DNA of 27,976 nucleotides from Asterias rubens (Eukaryota): NCBI RefSeq assembly GCF_902459465.1. It is one part of the record NC_047068.1 of this genome. One strand, 5' to 3'. The notes beneath the pieces are model-generated. The model had not been told where the DNA came from. It did no database searches and worked only from the letters and a program-made list of their open reading frames with translations. A program made the position numbers and the translations under genes. Shown here piece after piece: positions 1 through 11,930 of the stretch (positions within the stretch are counted from its first letter, which is position 1; each line of letters opens with the position of its first letter).

Positions 1-45
1 GCCAAATCCATTAAGAATGCTCCCAGGCGCTTTACAACAAGAAAC
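1..45 (-). mobile_element. L2/CR1-clade LINE or L2-tailed SINE 3' tip (truncated by window edge)
   Basis: The reverse complement reads TGTAAAGCGCCTGGGAGCATTCTTAATGGATTTGGC, resembling the TGTAAAGCGC...GCGCTATATAA 3' tail of L2-type elements. The match is short and was recognised by eye. Confidence 0.4.
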
Positions 46-735
46 AAAATTCAAACTTTTAACCACAAAAAACTAAATAATTAAAAGGTCCACACGTTAT
101 AGGACCACACCTATTTATAGATTTAATTTAACAAGCACCGTTCTTTGCAGAACCCCTATATCAAATTGTGATCTCAACTGATTTACTGATCTGCCTGCAG
201 TGTTATACATTGTTACCTTATTACCTTGTTTCTGTTCAAGTAAGTGTACCGCAGCAAGTGATTCTTGTAGTATTCATGTAGGCCTACACAAGTACAGCAT
301 CTCAAATCAAGATCAGCCAGTCTCTGTTGGTATTGAATGAAAGACAAACAAAATGGCTGCTTTGTGAAATCGTTTTACATAAAGTAAATCTTAAACACAT
401 GTTCTTGACAAGGAACCTGCAAAGTGGAAGACGTGTGATTTCACACCTTTGTCTGTCTTATGGTTATGTACATGATCATTTCAGTAATGTGTTGTGAAAT
501 AAGTTACCTGTAAGGGTTGAGTTTGTTTTCCAGGAAATACACGTCATTACTTCTACCCTGCTTCTACTGTAGAGGGTATATCTTGTTTAATCCCTTACTT
601 CCATGGGTACATTATTTGCTCTACCGTGTACTTGTCCCATCAATTCTTGCTAATAGTTTTAAGCTGTTAACCTTCAAGATTTGCCTGTAGTATATCAGAA
701 CTAAATGGTCCGTTATATATCAGAAATAGATTTGT

Positions 736-752
736 GGGGGGGGGGGGGGGGG
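736..752. repeat. Poly-G tract
   Basis: Uninterrupted G run seen directly. Confidence 0.95.
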
Positions 753-2260
753 GTAGCCTTATGAGGAATGTTTCTTGTCCATTTAGCTGTGTATTGTTTG
801 TCTTGTGTGAATTGTAAAATGGAATTCTCTGGTATTAAAGGGACTTAAAGTGGTTGAGCTTTCTCTTTTATTTGTAAAAGAGAAGGTGCTAACATTGTGA
901 CACTGACAGTAATAAGTTTAGAGAAAAGTGGCCATGTTTAACATATGTGGGCCTACCTATATGCATTAACAAAATGTTACCTTGCAATAACGAGCATTTT
1001 ACATTATTGGTCATAGACTCACTATTTCAGTTGGAAGATTAATCTTTCAATCAAGGTGTTGATAGGTAGCAATATTATGAACATCTTACAATACTGTCTT
1101 CTTGGCTGAAGACTATTGGTCAGGATACACACTCTTCCTTCCCAGTTATTACATGTATTTCAGTTGGAAGATAAGTCTTTTATTCAAGGTGTGACAAGCA
1201 GAAAATGGCTTCTTACTTTAGGCAAGACAGACAACCAGTGTCTTGCTAGACCAAAGTGTTTTTCTTTTCTATATTTGGAATGTTTGCATTCTCACTGTAA
1301 ACTCTAGATACTGTTTTCTATTCGGATTCTATTTTCACATTACCCGGTTTTCTCTTTTTCTAATCATTGTACATGTATTCTCCTTTGGGTCTTACTTTGA
1401 AATTTAAGAAGCAAGGTCAGTGGATTCTCAAGACGTCATTTGCTTCACAAAGTACTCTTGGATTGTTCTCTTTGATCCTGGTTACCACTGAATTCATCTT
1501 TTAAACCGTTTGCCTATCCCAATAAATAACATTTACTTACAGTTCTCAGCAGCAGTTAAAATGTCTCTCAACTACAGTGTATATTGTATCCCATATAACT
1601 GTGAGGAGAATAATGGTCCTTCTTAGAACATAAAGGATCTTTAATACGCCCTAAGCTATCTATCATTACTCTATTATCAATCAGACAATGCTCTAATCTT
1701 ACTTGATCCTCCCACCTTCAATGCCTTTATAATCAGTGGTAACACTAGGACCCTACAGACCATCCCTACAATAGTAGTGGTACACCCCATGTCAGAGGTC
1801 AATCTCATCATGATCTCTCATCAAGTAGTATTGCAAACTACTGGGAGGTTATTGTTCAGTTTAACTGTATGGTTTAATGCGGTTGGTGAGTGGTTCTAGA
1901 GCACTACCTACCCAGTACGTAGTCAATGATTACAGTCACACAGTGTGAGAGGGAGCATGCTGACTGATTACACTTGATTAAGGATTATCATCGGATCAAT
2001 TTAAAACCTTCATCAGGAATTGTTGTTTTGTTCTTCCGTTGGTTGGAGAGAGGAAGCAGTGAGTATGTCAACCTAGTAGTTAGTGGTTTAGTGTCTGGTG
2101 AAGCTTGCTTGTTTACATCAATCAATCAAGGTCTCTACATACATGCAGGTGTATTGGTTATCTAGAGACACAGACAGGTGATTTGATGATATTCAGACAT
2201 TACTATCAGATAAAGCTAGCACTAAACATTGCTTGTTGTGTAATGCTGGTGGAAGGAGAC

Positions 2261-2300
2261 CCTGGACCATCCTGGACCATCCTGGACGGACCATCCTGGA
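2261..2300. repeat. Short 10-bp tandem repeat (CCTGGACCAT) with a slipped copy
   Basis: ccctggaccatcctggaccatcctggacggaccatcctggac seen directly. Confidence 0.85.
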
Positions 2301-5300
2301 CTAATGAAGGAACAAACTGAAGGTTCTTCTGCCACTTTCTCCCTTGCCTATAAATAACTCCCCAGTAACAGTATTAGGATCTGGACTTAATGATTAGAGA
2401 AACAAACAAGGACAAGACTTGGATTGGAATGGAAGTGTGAAGTTGGTGTCTTGAGAAAAGGACGTGTGTAATCAGTTACAGCAGCGTATAGACAGAGAAT
2501 ACTGACCAGCGTATGTGGATCAATCACATCAACTCTGCATGTTGCAGGTAGTTGCCTTGCTCGCATAGGAAAGATTAATACCATTTGAATAAATACAAAT
2601 CAGTCAGTGCTGAGAGTGACCGGAGATTGAACGATGGTTTAAAACTAAAGCTGTCATCAGCTGACTGTGTTCTTGATATAACAATCGTGGGAGTCAATTC
2701 TGAACTTGTAGTTGGAGTTTGGTAGGTTGTTATTGTTTCACCTTTGACCTGGTGGACTTGGGACTGCCCCATATGGTGAGTATACAATGAGAATAGGTGG
2801 TAACTGGAATGACCTTTGAACTAAGTGGATTGTTGATGTTTAGAGTGGTTAAAAATAGATTTGTTTGTAATTTGTACACATGAGCGTGAATGTGTATGTA
2901 TACTGTGCACAAGTCTATAAAAATCATTTTTCGTTTCCAGGTCATCTTTTAGCAGTAAAACCATAGTAAAATAAAACTTTCTTTAAAGTCAGCTTTTCTC
3001 ACGATAGTCATTAAAAAAAAATACTGATTAAATTGCGTGACCCAGGCTTATTGTTATGTTAGGAAGTGAGTAAGGTCATAGTTTGATAAAACACAGCCTA
3101 AACTCCAGACACTTCATTCCATCGAGAGGCCAGAGTCGTACTTTACTTTAATAACAAAATAATGTGACAGCTAGTGGTTCTTTTCACTATTGTTGACATT
3201 ACAGAAACCTATGTCGCATTCGCATTGATATGAAGTTAGTAGCGCAGCCATGACGGTGCCTGGCAAGGCCCTGCCCTCGGCCCTATCCAACTGGAATAAC
3301 ACTTCCAAACCACTCATAATGTTACTGTGACTGAATAGTCATAATGTTCTGTTCTAAAATAGAAATGAATTTGTTCATAGACAGAACACGATGGGCGGAC
3401 ACTCTCAATACAATTTCCCATTGAATCCCATATTGTTAAGTCTCCACATTCGAAGGTCATTGTAGACTAGAAGTGTTATGGAAACAATAAGGTTTAAACA
3501 CATCGTACATATGCCCAGTGGGATAGCACATGGCTGGCTGGGTAAGTATTGCCAACGTCTATTGATAAGTGACACAGTTTCTGTTTGTCAGTTGTTACAT
3601 CGTGACAATATGCCATATGTGGGGAATTTCAGGGTGTTGTCTCATTGAAAGAACAGGCGTCTGTGCTCTGTGATGTTAAAAGGTACAGTTCTATTTCATA
3701 AAACAAATCACAAAATATGCTGCAAAGTCATGAAACCTGAAATAAGAATTTCTCAGAAAAAGTAAAGCACTTGCATATAATTGAATTTCACTCTAATAAT
3801 TACAATGTATTAACTCATGTATTCCTTTTTAAGAATATGTAATTTAAAGGCTTGAATTCTTGTTTAAACAACGGCTACAGGATGATCTCAATATTTCATA
3901 TATTCCTTTTTTAATGGCCAAATAGACAACGTAGATACCGGTTAATAATGTTACCATTTTACTCTCAAAATTTGCATTTAGTAATAAGTAATTCAAGTCT
4001 CGTCTGTGTTCTATGGACTGCATCTATTACCAAAAATGTAACAACTATATATTTCTGAACATTCTGTGTAGCTACTGTTTAAAGTTCAATACCATTTTCA
4101 TGATGCAAGGGGAAATCCCAAATAGATAATACAAACGCTTTGAATGGTCACTGAGGGTCAACACAAGGGCAACCAAGCCAATGCCCTGAGGTTGCCTTAG
4201 TTAAATTATTGGCCTAACCTAAATGTCCCACTTATCTGAAAGATTGAAAAGCTCAGTTTATCATTTAGAACAAGTTGTTGACCTACTTGGATCAGCGATT
4301 GGAGGATGAGGAAAAAGAGAGCCAAGATGAAACTTGGCACAGTGATTGGCAGAGGCAAGGAGGATACTGGCAGCTGCATGGTTGATTGCTAAATCATTTA
4401 AGGGTTAGGACTGGGACTGCCCCATTCTGACTGGCTTTGGTTACAATGATTTGAATCAAAGAAAAACAAAATAGCTATATAGTCATAGATTTTTGTCTTC
4501 ATAAATGATGTCGTGTCAGATAATCCCATTGCTCATTGGTAACTTCTTTATACTTCACAAGATGTAGGCCTACCAAGAAAGTGACATTGTTTGCACTGTC
4601 ATCTTCTTCCCATTAAGTCCACATAATTCCAAACTGTCAGGGCCGTGATTTCTTTCCATCCAGTGTCCCAAAGGCAATTTACCCTGTCTACACAATGCAC
4701 ACCCCCCCCCCAAAGTAACCCTGTGCAGTTATTTACAAAGTCTCTCAAGCCAGATTTGGTAGAACTTTGTCACGGACTGATATATTGTAAACCTTGCTAG
4801 TCTTACTGCTATTGGTACTGGTCTATTCATTCTAACCCCCCTGCTATCCGCTATGTATTGTACTCTTGCAGAAAGAGAAAGCTATTCTGACTCAGTATTT
4901 TTCTTGCTTTGTGTACAAAGGCCGGAGTGTCCACAGTGAAAGGTCTCCTCTTGTCCTCTACTTTTCCATCTGAATGAGGTGTCATTCTTTGGCCCTTTAG
5001 CCGCTGCTATGTGGCTGTTTTGTGTGAGCTAAGTCGGTGGTTTGCACTGGAATGTTGGCTTACCTACTACTAGTATCTCTAGTTATGTCAACTTACGTGT
5101 AAAGACAGATCTATGGTAGAACCATTTTCATGTGAAAAAAATTCATTTTGTGCAGGAAGAAAGAGGTCGTTTGGTCTGAAATGTTTCTTGGATTTTTTTC
5201 AAAGCTAGGGGACATTCTCGAAATATTGTTAAACGTTAAGACGTCCAATACAAAAATCAAGGCCTGCGCTGGGCTGCATGAAAATGCACACCTTCTACTA

Positions 5301-7214
5301 AAGTGGTAATTAATCTACCAGTATTAGCTTTGTCTGCACAAGAACTGTAAAGATTATATTTGATAACCACTGGGGAGATGATGTCTCATCAGTGCTCTGG
5401 GCTCACACCTGCAATATGTAAACCACTCTAGGTACAAACTACAGACCATCATCTTTAAGGATTTAGGGTCAAGAGGAATGAGAAGCAAAGGCATCTCAAT
5501 ACGTCTTACATGGTGACTCACTTTAGTCTTTTTTGATGAGTTACTCCTTAAGGCTGCCATCTGCATTGAATGAAACAAGTTGTAGACGTGTAGAGAATGA
5601 TATCAGTGAAGCTACACTAAACCTAAACTAGCCTTGTCTAATGTGTCATATGCTCAAGGGTATAAAGGCTTTCTTGAATGACAGAAAGAAGCATGAGGAA
5701 TCTTGAATGAGGATGTAGAGAGAGAGAGAAGCAGGCATCAATCTCATTTGAAGCACAAAACCTTCTTAATTAACATGCCTACAAAACGTCACAATGCAAA
5801 AATTTTCTTGTTAGCAAAGCTACATCAATAAATGGGACCATGGTTGCTTCTAAATGACTTATTTTTTCCCCTTAGCTATAAAGACTTTAAGAGCCCCAAT
5901 AAGACTGCAGTACTGCTATAAATACTAACATAATATCACCATGGAGCAAGGACATTGGCCAACCCCTTATTTTGAAGTATTTTTTATCCCCAGTCACTTT
6001 AAAGGATTACCTCTTGAAGGTTGATGGATGTTTTTGTTTAAGTTCCAATCTCAACACCCTGACTTAAGATGCTAAATTGTTATGTGTTGTTGAGTCTTAT
6101 GATAATCTCACAAACACCATTTGAAGTTTAACTGGCCTTGAACATTAAGCAGTCATAGAAATTATTCAGCTTGGACATTTATCTTCTTTATCAGTATGTT
6201 GAATACAGTACAATGGAAGTTCTGAATTGGCAACATCTTTTTTTCTCTTTGTATGTAGAGATAAATGCCATTCCTCTTGTATTAGCCCATACTTTGGGGG
6301 TTTGGCCTCTCATTGATTCAATGTATATTGTTGACAATAACTAGGGGTTTGTGAAGACCAAGCTCTACAGTCTTAATACAACCTTCTTCTAGACTATTGA
6401 TTATGGAGTATCTAAGCTAAGAGGTATAGATCAAATGGCTTTTGTTTTGCTGCTATTTCTTAAGGAAATATTTACAGACTATTAAGCTGACCTAGATAAA
6501 TGAAGAGATGGCTGGTGTTTGGGGTCATGCAGGTGCACCTGCTCTGATGAACCTAGTCTTTGTTAGATGGCCATTTATTGTTTGTAATTACCTGTGTTAT
6601 TAGGTTCTAGTCGTAGCGATCACAGTCGCACGATTTTAATAGTTACACTGCTGCTATCAAGAGTTGCTTAACACTTCCAGCATTGGAGAGGGAAAAAAGG
6701 TCTTTAGAGTTGAGAAAGAGGTTGACAGATTGCTCTACTTTTGATGTCATAGAGTGGCACAGCCATGTATGCTTTTATAGTTTAATGCCCCTGACTGACT
6801 ATGTGGACCTCCAAACCCTAACTATAGAGCACAGACCTTGTTGAACAAACTGCATAAATGTGACCAGTGACCCCAACAAATCAAATGTAGTTGACCCTAA
6901 ATTGATTAACTTTGTCCACTCAGCAGGTGTGCATGTGATTAGCAACAAGGCTCTTTATTATTCAAATTGCCCATGGTGCCTAAAGTTAATCCTCATTAAT
7001 GTAGACTTGTTAAGTATGAATTGTGGTTAGATGAATAGATGTCACTGCTACCATGGAGGAAGAAATACTAATCTCCCACCAATCTGCTCACTGTGCATGT
7101 GATATACATACTTATAGATATGGTCCTCTACCAATATTGTATTCAGTTTTAAAAAAACGAAAATGTTGCTAGGCAAACTAGCTTTCTGATAAGTTGCATA
7201 CTGGTATTCAGTGT

Positions 7215-7238
7215 CCCCCCCCCCCCCCCCCCCCCCCC
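7215..7238. repeat. Poly-C tract
   Basis: C run of more than 20 nt seen directly. Confidence 0.95.
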
Positions 7239-7724
7239 GTTTATTTTCCATTTAATTGCTTTATTATTATTCTCCAGATAAGCTGATTATTTTTGTGGAT
7301 AATGGTGACCTCAGTATATAGCATGTACTCTCTAAAGGTTAATTTGAATTCCCTTTGAATCATGTTAACATACATTTGGAAGTTCTGGCACAAAATGTAC
7401 TATTGTTGTCTGCTTAGTGTTATAAAAGAATTACATGTATTAGGTGCACGATAGAAATGAATGGATTAATAATGCACCTTGTGTGTCATTAAGTGATGCT
7501 CCAGGCACATAGTTTATTTATAAATCTCATTATCATTTTCCCAGTCATCTTGTGATTGAGATGATTTCAAGGTCAGATTCCACACTGTTAGTGCGTTCAT
7601 GCTGCCCGGTGTAGGCCTAAATCAATGTATATTTGGTTTGCGGTAATGCCATGTGTGTATCTACTTGCTGGGTAGATGTTCTTTTGACAACTTGTCTTGC
7701 TCAATTATATTCTTCTACAGCGTA

Positions 7725-7795
7725 GTAGATTTTTCGGAATTCGGGAGACTTCTCTATCACAGTGGTGTAGATTTACGGAATTTGGGAGACTTCTC
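7725..7795. repeat. Diverged 42-bp-period duplication (GTAGATTT..CGGAATT.GGGAGACTTCTC x2)
   Basis: gtagatttttcggaattcgggagacttctc at 7725-7754 and gtagatttacggaatttgggagacttctc at 7767-7795. Confidence 0.8.
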
Positions 7796-8023
7796 AGTTC
7801 TGAAAAGAATTAACCTGCTTATTAGCTACACCTGCGCGGAAGGTAGGAAATCGGCTGGGACTAACCCCTACTTTTTCTTAGTGGATGGAGGGGACGTCTG
7901 TGTTCATGCTATGTGGTACACCAAGATGAAGAAAATCCATTAATGTATGAATGTGGGAAAGACTTTCTGGAAGCATCTACACTTGAAGATGTTAACATTA
8001 TTTATATATTAGGCTTACATAAA

Positions 8024-8146
8024 GTACATGCACTTTCCATTGATGGGTCTCAAGGGAAGCACAGTTATACAGGCACATACTGTACATGCACTTTCCATTG
8101 ATGGGTCTCAAGGGAAGCACAGTTATACAGGCACATACTGTACATG
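8024..8146. repeat. Perfect 58-bp tandem duplication with 7-bp GTACATG junction microhomology
   Basis: GTACATG occurs at 8024, 8082 and 8140, and the two intervening 58-bp units are identical. Confidence 0.95.
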
Positions 8147-8473
8147 TAGAACAAGGTTTAGGCAAATCCATACCATTTCATACTTGCTATTCATGGATCG
8201 TGATGAATGTCCATTACAGACTTGCTATATACTACTGCCCTTACCATGGGCTTACACCACCCATGCACCACCATGTAATCTTTAGGTGCATGCTCCAGCA
8301 TGACAAGATTCAACAAAAACTCCAAGCCTTATGGGAGTGATAATATCCCCCAGACTCAAACACATACAGCAGGGATTGAACAGAGCAGAGGTTTACATAT
8401 TGATGTAAGTTTATAGGGATTTACATATTAGGGATAAATAAACAGTCATGGTAACCACAGGGAGTATTTGGAG

Positions 8474-8487
8474 ACACCAGGGGGCAG
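8474..8487 (+). promoter_or_regulatory. CTCF-like motif
   Basis: ACACCAGGGGGCAG against the consensus CCASYAGRKGGCRS (1 mismatch). Motif match only. Confidence 0.25.
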
Positions 8488-10566
8488 AACTCCAGCAGAG
8501 GATATTAAAACCAAATACATAATTGGTTATTACTGTTGATCTTGTTATTTCAATGAAGGAGTACCTATACTCAACACCTTGTGGTTTTAGTATGGATAAT
8601 CAACATTCCACCAAAGCTTTCTTGTAAAATACAGTTGTCCAGTGGTGTCACTTCCTGGAATATTTGCCCCTTTTGGATTGGTTGTGAAATAGTCCATAGA
8701 TTTCAAGTTGTTCTGGCCATGGTTTATTTGTTGTGTATGATGAGTCAATCTAAGCCATGGTTGAAAGATCATACCCTTAAAATGACTCGCTTAAACTGCA
8801 CTGAAAACAAGAGTGTATATTTTAAGATAGATTTCAATTTTTAAGGTGCTTAGTTTTAATATGCATGTTACAAATTTGTTTGATGTTGGTTTATAGCAAT
8901 AGCTTGTATGTACATGTACATTGGTCCAGGTGGGAATCTCATAATAAAACATTTCCCAACATGGCGTCAAATATCGACAAGACAAATGTTATCGTTTCTC
9001 CTCTGATGTTTTTCACTGAACGTAATGTTAGTTTTAGATCTTTCATTTGAGAAAGTTTTAACAAAATCAATCCATTTATCTTATACTTATTTGTTTACTG
9101 ATGATTTACAAATTTTTAATTTCTTTACAATGTAACACACACACAACACTTACTCACACACAACAAACAAAGTCATGTCAAGTTAGCTATTTATAACTGG
9201 TAGTTCACGATTAGAAATGATGGAGTTGTTGAGCATAAGGAATCTTTGTTTGAGTTGTTCTTAAATGTAATATACTCCCCTATAGAGTATCTCCAATACT
9301 TTATTGCTAGATACCAATCAAGTAGATTGTGATTTACCTATAAATCATAGCTCAATACATGAGTTGGTTGAGATTGGCCTAGCTATGCACCTACCATAGG
9401 GACCCATCAGTCAACTCAATATGTCATAGCTCTCTATACCAGCTTGCAAAACAATTACACAGATCATTGACTCGTCAGCTGGGGTCAAAGGTCAGAATGT
9501 CAATGTCACTTGGCACTATTCAATGATGGCAGACCCTGTTTGGTCTCGCCATACTCGTACCATTGACTTTGTCAACATTGGATGGTGTCCTGATCTCATA
9601 TAACACTGAAATTTGAAGAAGTGTTGTTAACATTGAAATTAAGCCCAACTTTGCATCCAAATATGATATAATATAGGTTTTTTTTTAAATCTAAAACTAT
9701 GGACAATAAAACATCTTGACCAGGAGTAGTCCAGAGAAGTACCACAGTTTAAAAACTCATCAAAAGATGTTCTTCCACAATGGAAAAGTTTGCACCTTTT
9801 ACTTCTGAAATACTGCGTTATGTAATATCTTTTGATATGGGGACTTCAAGGATGTCCCAGTACAGCCCAGCATGTATTGGCTCTAACGATGCATACCTAT
9901 AACCTTCCTTTTAAATAGTCTATTATGAGCTACATTATCTTCGCTCCTGGTGTTTCCTCTGTCACTATCTTCATGGTCATTACATGCAAATTACATTTCC
10001 TTTTAAATGATTGACCTTTGATCACAAGAACAAATTGAGTATCTACCAAGGTATTAACTTCAGATAAACAATTTTTTTGCATAGTAAGTGTTTGATAAAA
10101 TTTGGCTTTAAGAAATTGAAAAACTAATGATGAAAAGAAAAAAAGTATTATATTACAAATGTTTTTGAGCATTTTTGTAAGTGTTGTTTTAGACAATAAG
10201 CAAATAGAATAAAATAGTCTACCAATGTACTACTGTAGGCCGCGCTATTTGTGGTGTTGTTCTAACTGCAAATAAATAGTTATAAAACTATTGTCATACA
10301 TGCAAATGAGGAAAGTTATAAAGTGAAAGTTTATAGACATTGTTGATATCCGTCAGATGTCCTTGTTGTTGTTGTAGTCAGTTGTGTTTTGACACTGCAG
10401 TCAAGTCACTCTGGCAGTGTCCTGTGTTTGCTTTTGTTTCCTTTACTTTCCATGAAGTTTGGTGGTGTTGGTGAATAGTGAGGCTTCAATGACCCTGACT
10501 AACGAAAAGGTACTGAATGAAAACAATTTAGCATTAGCTTCTCTTTTTACTAGTCTGATAGTTTTT

Positions 10567-10634
10567 TTTTTTTCCTGGGCCATATTTTATGTTTAAAATA
10601 TGGCCCAGGAAAAAAACCTGGGCCATATTTTATG
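10567..10634. repeat. Perfect 23-bp inverted repeat with 4-nt loop, followed by a third direct copy
   Basis: TTTTTTTCCTGGGCCATATTTTA-tgtt-TAAAATATGGCCCAGGAAAAAAA, then CCTGGGCCATATTTTATG again at 10617-10634. Confidence 0.92.
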
Positions 10635-11084
10635 GTTTTCTTTCAACAATGTCATTAGCATACATGTGTAGAACTGGAATTTTAATTTAAACTAATTTAA
10701 TGGGGTAAAGGAAAACAAATATGAACAAAGAGTGAATCATAAAATTGGTGGAGTTACTCTTGTGTATAGGTTGGTTGATAATTTAATTAAATTGATTTTA
10801 AATAGAACTAGAAGTAATAACCAAGTGAAAGTAATGAAGTAGTGACTTTTTCCTGAGGATGGAGAGAAAAGTAGAGCGTGATTGATTTGAGCAATGTGTA
10901 CCTGTGATGGACAAGTACTGGTACTTTTCTAACACTGAAGATTTTCACTGTTTCCAGATGCACCTTTAAATCCATATATCCAGGGACACGAGAAATGAGA
11001 AATAAGTCATCATTTTGACATTCCCATGAGCTCAGAAGTAAATAAATAAGTGTTGTTTCCTTCATGAAGTCAAACTTTAAGAGA

Positions 11085-11375
11085 AGGCCCCGACCCGAGA
11101 GGGCGCTGTTCGTGACGTCAATCGAGGCAGACTTTGCCTGCAATGCGTAGAGTAAACACACTTGCAAAGTACATGTACGGTCCATGTCATGAGTTTGTAC
11201 GTTTTTCCGGCAATGCCGACCAGGTGTATTGCTGCCGAATGCAGAAAAACACATTTTTTTAATTGTACAAACTCACGACTTGGGCATACAATGCACTTTG
11301 CACGTGTGTTTACTATACAAAGGCAAAGTCTGCCTCGATTGACGTCACAAAAGGGGTAGGCGGAGTCAGCCCCCA
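11085..11375. mobile_element. CpG-rich foldback / MITE-like element with perfect 28-bp inverted repeats
   Basis: GTGACGTCAATCGAGGCAGACTTTGCCT (11112-11139) and its exact reverse complement (11321-11348). Nested inverted repeats are AGTAAACACAC(T/G)TGCAAAGT and C(A/G)TGAGTTTGTAC. No TSD was identified. Confidence 0.7.
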
Positions 11376-11689
11376 AACAACTTTATATATTTTTTAAACA
11401 TATAAATCGTGACAAACAATTACTAAAAAAATTGTTTTATGGTTCATAAGCATATACTCTTATGTTTGAAAGGAAAAACAAATCTATTTCCAGGTGACTT
11501 AAAAACTCAAAGCTAATTTATTTCATCGTCTGCCATTATAACTATTTTGTTTGCATATTTTTTAAACTTTGAGAAGTGTGTCCTCCATATTCATCTAATT
11601 GCAAAATCAATCAATACTTGGACACATGCTGAACAAGATGCGATCCGTTGATCTCCACATGTGTTGTCATTAGTTTCATTTAAAGGTTT

Positions 11690-11930
11690 CATCTTTGCAC
11701 GCACATCCAAGAAGGCTGATAGAATATGTACAAATGTAGATGTGACAGAAACATCACAGCCATCACAAATCATTCTTTCCCTCTGGACAATACACTATAA
11801 GGCAGTGATTGAAGGAAGTTCTAGAAGTAAACAAATTCATCCAAATCTTTAAGATACCTCACCCTGTATTGAACCATGGAGGTAGGATGAACTGTAACCA
11901 TGGAGGTAGGATGAACTGTCCAACAGTATG
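11690..11930 (+). mobile_element. Decayed Penelope-like element, GIY-YIG endonuclease C-terminal region
   Basis: Frameshifted translation TNHSFPLDNTL*GSD*RK / EVLEVNKFIQIFKIPHPVLNHGG resembles the PLE C-terminus (H.FDWDN.KIL..E..W.KRKVLEA.FI...P.LNRDGG). Confidence 0.4.
11872..11919. repeat. Perfect 24-bp tandem duplication without microhomology
   Basis: AACCATGGAGGTAGGATGAACTGT x2. Confidence 0.95.

Noticed and set aside
2400-2790. Possible CR1-type RT fragment on the minus strand (SADDSFSFK...LFKW)
   Set aside because: A single ADD-like motif with no convincing flanking RT motifs.
5300-5620. Possible LINE endonuclease N-terminus on the minus strand (LQLVSFNADG..., HLPSGYQI)
   Set aside because: Only two short motif resemblances among many stops; too weak to call without a profile search.
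8560-8770. Possible LINE EN-RT linker on the minus strand (TNKPW...YKK)
   Set aside because: Low-information motif that cannot be distinguished from chance by eye.
10808-11376. 148-aa, 99-aa and 65-aa ORFs overlapping the foldback element
   Set aside because: They overlap an inverted-repeat element, have no recognisable domain, and their lengths are compatible with chance.
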